Source of the DNA: an uncultured Gemmatimonadales bacterium
Lineage (GTDB): Bacteria > Gemmatimonadota > Gemmatimonadetes > Gemmatimonadales > GWC2-71-9
DNA length: 64,000 bases
NCBI GenBank assembly: GCA_963728915.1
Contig: CAVSLV010000001.1
Coordinates: 1,216,001 to 1,280,000, forward strand
Reading direction: 5' to 3'
Each line of letters opens with the position of its first letter. Position 1 is the first letter of the stretch. The notes below the pieces were generated by a model, which saw nothing but the letters and a program-made list of their open reading frames with translations, searched no databases and had not been told where the DNA came from. Positions 57,455-64,000 of this stretch are shown here, piece after piece. The position numbers were made by a program, and so were the translations under genes.

Positions 57455-58451
57455 AGCCCTCGATCTCCTGGCCCGGCGCGCGCTCTCCCGCGAGGAGAGC
57501 ACGGTGGTGTTCCGGCGGCTCCTGGCGGGTGAGTATTCGGAGCTCGAGATGGCCGCCCTGCTCATCGGGCTCAAGACCCGGGGGGAGACACCGGAGCTCA
57601 TGGCGGGCGCGGTGGAGGCCCTGCTCGAGGCGGCGGTTCCGTTTCCCCGGCCGGAGTACGAGTACGCCGATTGTTGTGGCACCGGCGGCGATCGCACCGG
57701 CACGGTCAACATTTCCACCGCCGCCGCCTTCGTCGCGGCCGAATGGGGAATCCCCATCGCCAAGACTGGGAACCGCTCGGTCTCGTCCCGCTGTGGGTCC
57801 GCCGATGTGCTGGAGCGGATCGGGGTTCGCCTCGACCCGGATCCCGCGGTGGCGCGCCGCTGCCTCGATGAAGCCGGGATCTGTTTCGTGTTCGCCCCCC
57901 AGTACCACGCGGGGGTGCGGCACGTCGCGCCGGTCCGCAAGGCCCTTGGGGTGCGAACCGTGTTCAACCTGGTGGGGCCGATCGCCAATGCGGCCCGGCC
58001 GACTTCGCAGATGATGGGGATCTACGATCCCGCCCTCTGCGAGCCGGCCGCCCGGACCCTTCAGCTCCTGGGCCGGCGGGTCGCGCTGGTGATTCACGGC
58101 TCCGGGATGGACGAAGTCGCCCTCCACGGCATAACCCGCGGCGTCCTGGCGCGCGACGGGCGGCTCGAGGAGGTGACCCTTTCCCCGGGCCAGGCCGGAC
58201 TGCGCGAGCGGCCCGTCGAAAGTCTCGCCGGCGCCGGTCCGGAGGAGAACGCGGAGTGGCTGCTCGGGATTCTCGAGGGCGGGGGCCAGCCCGCGCATGC
58301 GGACGCGGTGGCGCTCAACGCCGGAACGCTGGGCTGGACCCTGGGCCGCGCGGCGACCCTTCGGGAGGCGGTGACCGAGGCACGCGAAGTCCTGGCCGGT
58401 GGTGGAGCGGCCCGTCGGCTTCACCGGCTGCGGGAGCTGTCGCATGCTTGA
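57441..58451 (+). CDS. trpD: Anthranilate phosphoribosyltransferase
   Basis: DCCGTGGD, NISTA, GNRSVSSRCGSADVLE, RTVFNLVGP. Confidence 0.95.
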   Translation: MQAAEALDLLARRALSREESTVVFRRLLAGEYSELEMAALLIGLKTRGETPELMAGAVEALLEAAVPFPRPEYEYADCCGTGGDRTGTVNISTAAAFVAAEWGIPIAKTGNRSVSSRCGSADVLERIGVRLDPDPAVARRCLDEAGICFVFAPQYHAGVRHVAPVRKALGVRTVFNLVGPIANAARPTSQMMGIYDPALCEPAARTLQLLGRRVALVIHGSGMDEVALHGITRGVLARDGRLEEVTLSPGQAGLRERPVESLAGAGPEENAEWLLGILEGGGQPAHADAVALNAGTLGWTLGRAATLREAVTEAREVLAGGGAARRLHRLRELSHA

Positions 58452-59811
58452 GGCGATCCTCGCCGCGAAGCGCGCCGAGGTCGAAGCGCGAAAACAGGCG
58501 ACCTCGCTGGAGTCGCTCCTCGGCCGCTGCCTGCCCAGTCAGCGGAGCCTTGCCGCCGCGCTCCGCCGCGGACAGCCGGGGTTCCTGCTCGAGGTGAAAT
58601 GCGTCTCGCCCTCGGCCGGCATCCTTCGGTCACCCGATGACCTCGACCCGGTGCTCGGCAGTTATGCACGCCATGCGGACGCCGTGTCGGTCCTCACCGA
58701 TCGGACCTTCTTCCATGGCTCACTCGATCGCCTCGCAGCGATCCGGGCCCGCCTCGATCAGCCGCTGCTCTGCAAGGATTTTTTCCTCGAGCCCTACCAG
58801 GTGGCGGAGGCGCGGGCGCACGGCGCCGATGCGATCCTCCTGATTCTCGCCGCGGTCGAGGATCCCGTCTGGCATGCCTGCGCCGAGCTTGCCCGGCGAC
58901 TCGGCATGGCGGTTCTCACCGAGGTCCATAGCCAGGAAGAAGCCGACCGCGCGGTTGCCCTCGATGCCGGAATCATCGGAGTCAACAATCGGGATCTCCG
59001 CACTCTCGAGGTCGATCCCATGACGGTGGCCCGGATCGCCCCGTCGATTCCGGATGACCGGCTCATCGTGGCCGAATCGGGCGTGGAGAATCGGCGGCAG
59101 GTCGAGGAGCTCAGCCGGCATGCCGATGCCTTCCTGGTCGGCAGCACGATCATGCGGGCAGTCGATCCGGATGCGGCGGTGCGAGACCTGGTCTATGGCC
59201 GCACCAAGATTTGCGGACTCACCCGGCCCGAACACGCCGAGCAGGCCTGGAAGAGCGGGGCGACCCACGGCGGCCTGGTCTTCGCAGCGGGATCTCCCCG
59301 GAAGGTCACCCTCAATCAGGCGGAACACATCAGGGAGGCCGCGCCACTCGACTGGGTCGGGGTTTTCGCCGACCAGGAGCCGGGAGAAATCGCCATCCTC
59401 GCCGACCATCTGGACCTCGCGGCGGTGCAGCTCCATGGGTCGGAGACGTTTGAAACGGTCCGGCAGGTCAAGTCTCTGGTGGACCCCGGGTGCGAGGTCT
59501 GGAAGGCGATCCGGGTGATGGACCACCTCCCCGCCCGGGACGGCACCGGGGCGGATCGCCTGCTTCTCGATGGAGGACGCGGGGGCTCGGGCACCTCCTT
59601 CGACTGGGACCTGCTCGACCAGTATCCCGAGCGGGACGAGGTCGTGCTCGCCGGGGGCATCTCCGACGAAAATGCAGCGATTGCCGCCGCGTTTCGGCCC
59701 TACGCGCTCGACGTCAGCTCCGGGGTGGAATCGATCCCCGGAGAAAAGGACGCCGGCAGGATGGCCGCGTTCTTCGCGGAGCGGCGCCGGCTGCCTGGAA
59801 GGATGCCCTGA
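58444..59811 (+). CDS. trpCF: Bifunctional indole-3-glycerol-phosphate synthase / phosphoribosylanthranilate isomerase (TrpC-TrpF fusion)
   Basis: [26 protein letters not shown], then [33 protein letters not shown]. Confidence 0.94.
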   Translation: MLEAILAAKRAEVEARKQATSLESLLGRCLPSQRSLAAALRRGQPGFLLEVKCVSPSAGILRSPDDLDPVLGSYARHADAVSVLTDRTFFHGSLDRLAAIRARLDQPLLCKDFFLEPYQVAEARAHGADAILLILAAVEDPVWHACAELARRLGMAVLTEVHSQEEADRAVALDAGIIGVNNRDLRTLEVDPMTVARIAPSIPDDRLIVAESGVENRRQVEELSRHADAFLVGSTIMRAVDPDAAVRDLVYGRTKICGLTRPEHAEQAWKSGATHGGLVFAAGSPRKVTLNQAEHIREAAPLDWVGVFADQEPGEIAILADHLDLAAVQLHGSETFETVRQVKSLVDPGCEVWKAIRVMDHLPARDGTGADRLLLDGGRGGSGTSFDWDLLDQYPERDEVVLAGGISDENAAIAAAFRPYALDVSSGVESIPGEKDAGRMAAFFAERRRLPGRMP

Positions 59812-60977
59812 TGCGATTGCCCGGACGGTTCGGCCGTTTCGGGGGCAGTTTCGTCCCCGAAATCCTCATGCCGGCGCTGGAGGAGCTCGAGAGCGCATTT
59901 CTCGAATCCCGGGAGGATCCTGCCTTCGCGCGGGAGCTGGACGAGCTGCTCACCAGCTATGCCGGGCGACCCACTCCGCTCTACCGCTGCCGCAACCTGC
60001 TTCCCGCCGGAGCGCCCCGGCTCTACCTCAAGCGCGAAGACCTCCTGCATGGCGGCGCCCACAAGACCAACCAGGCGCTCGGCCAGGGGCTCCTCGCCCG
60101 CCGGATGGGGAAGACCCGCCTGATCGCGGAAACCGGCGCGGGACAGCACGGGGTGGCCACCGCGCTGACCGGCGCCGTGTTAGGCCTCTCCACCCGGATC
60201 TATATGGGTGCGGTCGACATGGAGCGGCAGAAGCCCAACCTGTTCCGGATGCGGCTCATGGGCGCCGAAGTCGTCCCGGTCACCACCGGCAGTCAGACCC
60301 TGAAGGACGCCATCAACGAGGCGCTCCGCGACTGGTCGGCGAGCTACGAGACCACCCACTATCTGCTCGGCACCGTGGCGGGCCCTCATCCCTTCCCGAC
60401 CATGGTGCGGGAGTTCCAGCGGGTGATCGGCGACGAAGCCAAACGCCAGATCCTCGAGCTGGAGGGCGCCCTGCCCGACCTGGTGGTCGCCTCGGTCGGT
60501 GGGGGCTCGAACGCCATGGGAATCTTCACCGCTTTCCTCGACGACCCCATGGTGCGCCTGCTCGGGGTCGAGGCCGCGGGCGAAGGGCTGGAGAGCGGAC
60601 GCCATTGTGCCACCCTGACCCGGGGCCGCCCCGGAGTATTGCATGGCGCCTTCTCCTACACGCTCCAGGATGAGGAAGGGCAGATCGGGGAGAGCCACTC
60701 CATTTCTGCCGGCCTCGACTATCCCGGCGTCGGTCCCGAGCACGCCTGGCTCCAGGAAACCGGCCGGGCGTCATACACCACCTGCACCGACCATGAAGCC
60801 CTGGATGCATTTCAGGCCCTGGCGCGCTCCGAAGGCATTCTCCCGGCCCTCGAATCGGCTCACGCGATCGCGGCGGCGATCGGCGAGGCCCGGCGCGGTT
60901 CGGCTGGGGTCATCCTGGTCAATCTCTCCGGCCGTGGCGACAAGGACCTCGAGACCGTCCTGCGCCATGTGGGTTAG
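59811..60977 (+). CDS. trpB: Tryptophan synthase beta chain
   Basis: [53 protein letters not shown]. Confidence 0.96.
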   Translation: MRLPGRFGRFGGSFVPEILMPALEELESAFLESREDPAFARELDELLTSYAGRPTPLYRCRNLLPAGAPRLYLKREDLLHGGAHKTNQALGQGLLARRMGKTRLIAETGAGQHGVATALTGAVLGLSTRIYMGAVDMERQKPNLFRMRLMGAEVVPVTTGSQTLKDAINEALRDWSASYETTHYLLGTVAGPHPFPTMVREFQRVIGDEAKRQILELEGALPDLVVASVGGGSNAMGIFTAFLDDPMVRLLGVEAAGEGLESGRHCATLTRGRPGVLHGAFSYTLQDEEGQIGESHSISAGLDYPGVGPEHAWLQETGRASYTTCTDHEALDAFQALARSEGILPALESAHAIAAAIGEARRGSAGVILVNLSGRGDKDLETVLRHVG

Positions 60978-60980
60978 ATC

Positions 60981-61778
60981 ATGACGGGCGCTGCCCGCTA
61001 TAGCGAGATGTTCCGCCGCCTGTCGGCCCGGGGAGAGGGAGCCTTCGTTCCGTTCCTGATGCTGGGAGACCCGAACCCGGAAGCGAGCCTGGCTGCGGCA
61101 CGCACCCTGGTCGAAGCCGGCGCCGATGCGCTCGAGCTGGGGCTTCCCTTCTCCGACCCTGTGGCCGATGGCCCGGTGATTCAGGCCGCGGCCTCGCGCG
61201 CACTCGCGGCAGGAGTCCGGCAATCCGATTGTTGGGCGATCGTCTCGCGCCTCCGCACCGAGCATCCCGCGCTGCCGATTGGCCTGCTGGTCTATGCGAA
61301 TCTCGTCTGCCATCGCGATCCAGCCGATTTCTATCGGCGCGCCTCTCGGGCAGGCGTGGATTCGGTGCTGGTGGCCGATCTTCCGACCGATGAGGCGGCG
61401 ACGATCCTCGAGGCCGCCAAACAAGCTGGCATCGCCCCGGTCTTCATCGCCCCGCCCAATGCCGATGAGGTCCGGCTCCGGCGGATTGCCAGTCTCAGTC
61501 AGGGCTACACCTACGTCACATCGCGGGAGGGCGTCACCGGGGCGGATGACGAGCTGCGAAGGACCTCCGCCTCGATTCTGTCGCGACTCCGGGCCATGAA
61601 CGCCCCGCCGGCGCTGCTTGGATTCGGGATTGCCCATCCCAAGCAAGTCCGCCGCGCCCTGGAGCTGGGCGCGGCGGGAGCGATCAGTGGATCGGCGGTG
61701 GTGGAACGATTGACAAGGGGGTCCGACCTCGCGGGCTTCGTTCGCGCCATGAAGGACGCGACGAAGAGCCCTGGCTAG
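60981..61778 (+). CDS. trpA: Tryptophan synthase alpha chain
   Basis: ELGLPFSDPVADGPVIQ, YANL, ADLP, GVTG, GFGI, ISGSA. Confidence 0.96.
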   Translation: MTGAARYSEMFRRLSARGEGAFVPFLMLGDPNPEASLAAARTLVEAGADALELGLPFSDPVADGPVIQAAASRALAAGVRQSDCWAIVSRLRTEHPALPIGLLVYANLVCHRDPADFYRRASRAGVDSVLVADLPTDEAATILEAAKQAGIAPVFIAPPNADEVRLRRIASLSQGYTYVTSREGVTGADDELRRTSASILSRLRAMNAPPALLGFGIAHPKQVRRALELGAAGAISGSAVVERLTRGSDLAGFVRAMKDATKSPG

Positions 61779-62236
61779 ATCGGCCAGCCCTGCGGCTTCT
61801 CCTCCATGACCAGCACGATCGGGGCATGCAGCTCACTGGCGAAAACCGTCGATTCGAGCGGCATCGTCTGATCGGTCTCTCCCTGTCCCACCGGAATGAA
61901 GCACTTGAAGGCGATATGGAGGGCCGGTTGGTCCAGGAGGGCCGGCGGCGGCACCCGCGACGGAGAGAATGCCATCGCATCGTGCAGCGTCGCCAGGACC
62001 CTGCCGGAAATGAGCACCTGATGGTCCATCAGGGTCCTGAGCATCCGGTACGTGAGCGTTGTGGACTCACCGCCACGCGTCAGAACGCCAAAGACCGGTG
62101 CCTCAAAGCGGCCTGAGCGGGGAAAGATCGCTACTCCATAGCCGCAGGATGTTCCGCTATCCTCCACGGCGGCAATGGCTTCCGTGATCAGGTCGTGGAC
62201 TTGGGTCAGGTTGCCCGGTGTCGGATCGACATTCAT
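61775..62236 (-). CDS. Hypothetical protein (153 aa)
   Basis: ATG overlaps the kinase stop (ATGA); no recognisable motif. Confidence 0.55.
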   Translation of the reverse strand: MNVDPTPGNLTQVHDLITEAIAAVEDSGTSCGYGVAIFPRSGRFEAPVFGVLTRGGESTTLTYRMLRTLMDHQVLISGRVLATLHDAMAFSPSRVPPPALLDQPALHIAFKCFIPVGQGETDQTMPLESTVFASELHAPIVLVMEEKPQGWPI

Positions 62237-64000
62237 TGCACTGGCTCCGTTGGTGCCCGAGATTCTGAACCGGCAGGTCCCGGGCCAACCGACCCGGCGG
62301 GGAGGAATGCAAGCCGGACCACCGTTCCGCGCCCTTCTTCACTCTCCACACTCACCGCACCGCCCCAGCTTTCGACCAATCGCTTGACGATTGCGAGCCC
62401 CAGGCCGGAGCCGCTGGTCGAGGTCGAGAACCGAGGTTCGAAAATCCTCGGCAGCAGCTCGGCGGGGATGCCTTTTCCATCGTCCAGAACCGCGAGGGTG
62501 GCGCCCCGGATTCGAATGCGGATAATGCGGGCCCGCGCGTTCCGGGAATTCTCCAGCAGGTTGACCAGCGCCTCCTTCACCTCGTCCGATCGCGCGGCGA
62601 CCGGCTCGGGGTTCTCGGTCTCGACCACCAGGTCCGCGCCTTCGGGGCCCAATCGGTAGAGATCCGCGACGTCCCTCACGACCGATGGCAGCTTGACTGT
62701 TTCGAGGGGCCCCCGCTCGGAGGTCGGCATTCCGAATCGGCTGAAGGAGCGCGCGATACGATCGAGCCGATCGATTTCTGCGAGAATCCTCGCCGTGGTG
62801 CCCTCGAGCACCGGGCCGATCGCGGTGTGTCCGTCCTCATAGACCCGGCGCAGGTGCTGCACCCCGAGCCGCATCGGAGTCAGCGGGTTCTTGATCTCGT
62901 GAGCGACCTGGCTCGCCATCTCGCCCCAGGCAACGATGCGAGCAACCCGCTCCTGGGCTTCCTGCGTCTTCTTGACGTCCGCGGTCATCTTCTGGAAGGC
63001 GCCGTAGACCGGCGCAAACTCCGGCGCGGGCGGTTGATTGGGAAGCGCCACCGGCTTGCCTTTCCCGAACGCCAGCGCGGCACGCTGCAGCTCGGCGACC
63101 GGACGGGAAAGCGCGCGCGCGGCGACATGCGCGGCCAGCAACGACGCCCCGATGCCCAGCACGGTGAGGAGGACGAAGAGCATGGCAAGGGCCCGCTGCC
63201 GCTCCTCCAGCACCGGATCGAGTCCAGTCTGCGGCATGGCCAGCACGGCAGCTCCGCGATCCGCCACCCGCATGGCGCGATATCCGACCCGGACGTCGAC
63301 CGCACCGGAGGCCCCCTGGCCGGTCGTCACTTCCGCGCCGTCGATCACCAGCCGATGATAGGCGGCCGGATCCATGACCGGCGACACCAGACCGAGCGAC
63401 TGGAGCAGGCCACCGCTGGTGCCGAGTTGCAGCTCTCCGTCCCGGTAGACCAGGAAATCGGCATCGCTCTGGTCACTCAGGGCGAGGAGCTCGTCGGTCA
63501 TGGCCGCGGAATCGGCGGCCAACGTGGCACGGGGCGGCATGACGTCGCGCAGGGTTTGTTCGATGCCGCGATCCCGGCTGGCGCGGACCTCCCCCCGAAG
63601 GCGCCCGATGCCCCACGCGGCGAAACCCACCGTGGGCGCCAGGAAAAAAATGGCGAGCGCAACGCCGATGCGGGCTTCGTAGGAGCGGAACTGGGGCAGC
63701 CAGGATGGACGACGAAGGGGTTCACCGGTCACGACCCCGGAGAGCGTCCACAGCAGGGCGAGAACCAGGCCATTCAAGGCCAGGAGAAGGGCACCCCGAA
63801 CCGAAAGCTCTTCAGCCTCACCCAGCTCGACGGTGCCATACAGGTCTCGAAGGGTTCCCGACACCGGAACCGTGGTTTGACCGAGCGCCTGGCTTCCCTC
63901 CCGGCGCCAGTCAACCTCCGCATCGCCGGCAAGCCTGGTGGGCATTGGAGAAAGGGCGAGATGATAGAGCGGCCGACCGGTGTTACGTACCCCGAGCAGA
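62233..64000 (-). CDS. NtrY-like HAMP sensor histidine kinase (5' end probably beyond the window)
   Basis: AWGEMASQVAHEIKNPLTP, NLLENS, FSTSTSGSGLGL. Confidence 0.88.
   Translation of the reverse strand, partial: LLGVRNTGRPLYHLALSPMPTRLAGDAEVDWRREGSQALGQTTVPVSGTLRDLYGTVELGEAEELSVRGALLLALNGLVLALLWTLSGVVTGEPLRRPSWLPQFRSYEARIGVALAIFFLAPTVGFAAWGIGRLRGEVRASRDRGIEQTLRDVMPPRATLAADSAAMTDELLALSDQSDADFLVYRDGELQLGTSGGLLQSLGLVSPVMDPAAYHRLVIDGAEVTTGQGASGAVDVRVGYRAMRVADRGAAVLAMPQTGLDPVLEERQRALAMLFVLLTVLGIGASLLAAHVAARALSRPVAELQRAALAFGKGKPVALPNQPPAPEFAPVYGAFQKMTADVKKTQEAQERVARIVAWGEMASQVAHEIKNPLTPMRLGVQHLRRVYEDGHTAIGPVLEGTTARILAEIDRLDRIARSFSRFGMPTSERGPLETVKLPSVVRDVADLYRLGPEGADLVVETENPEPVAARSDEVKEALVNLLENSRNARARIIRIRIRGATLAVLDDGKGIPAELLPRIFEPRFSTSTSGSGLGLAIVKRLVESWGGAVSVESEEGRGTVVRLAFLPAGSVGPGPAGSESRAPTEPVQ

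Overview
High-GC bacterial chromosomal window, most consistent with a Gemmatimonadota-type genome (inferred from gene content and protein character; not verified). It is densely packed with housekeeping and metabolic genes. I see no integrase, transposase, phage, rRNA or CRISPR array. In order: rpsM (partial)/rpmJ, pyrF-pyrD, amidase, smpB, tRNA-Leu(CAG), moeB/Rrf2, aspA, trxB, E2 acyltransferase, membrane H+-PPase and a two-component pair. Next come a candidate structured leader/sRNA ahead of DUF1328/DUF892 stress genes and a CDP-alcohol phosphotransferase + inositol-phosphate synthase operon. These are followed by a peptidoglycan-recycling set (NamZ, NagZ, AmiE-like hydrolase, Na+:solute symporter, MurK-like kinase), a TonB/ExbB/ExbD locus, further two-component genes and sodA. 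The last part holds a kynurenine / 3-hydroxyanthranilate tryptophan-degradation cluster, tRNA-Ala(TGC), and an aroF-trpE-G-D-CF-B-A operon preceded by an unannotated Trp-rich leader peptide (MHSHSWRQSWWSWR...) and attenuator. Most notable non-obvious signals: the trp attenuator next to the Trp-catabolic cluster; a family of 8-nt-unit inverted tandem repeats, one inserted in frame inside a gene; a promoter-flanked terminator/antiterminator RNA at 18.8-18.96 kb; recurrent leaderless-type promoters; two probable CTG starts coupled to upstream TGA stops; and two single-base frameshifts (kynB, ocd) that may be assembly errors.
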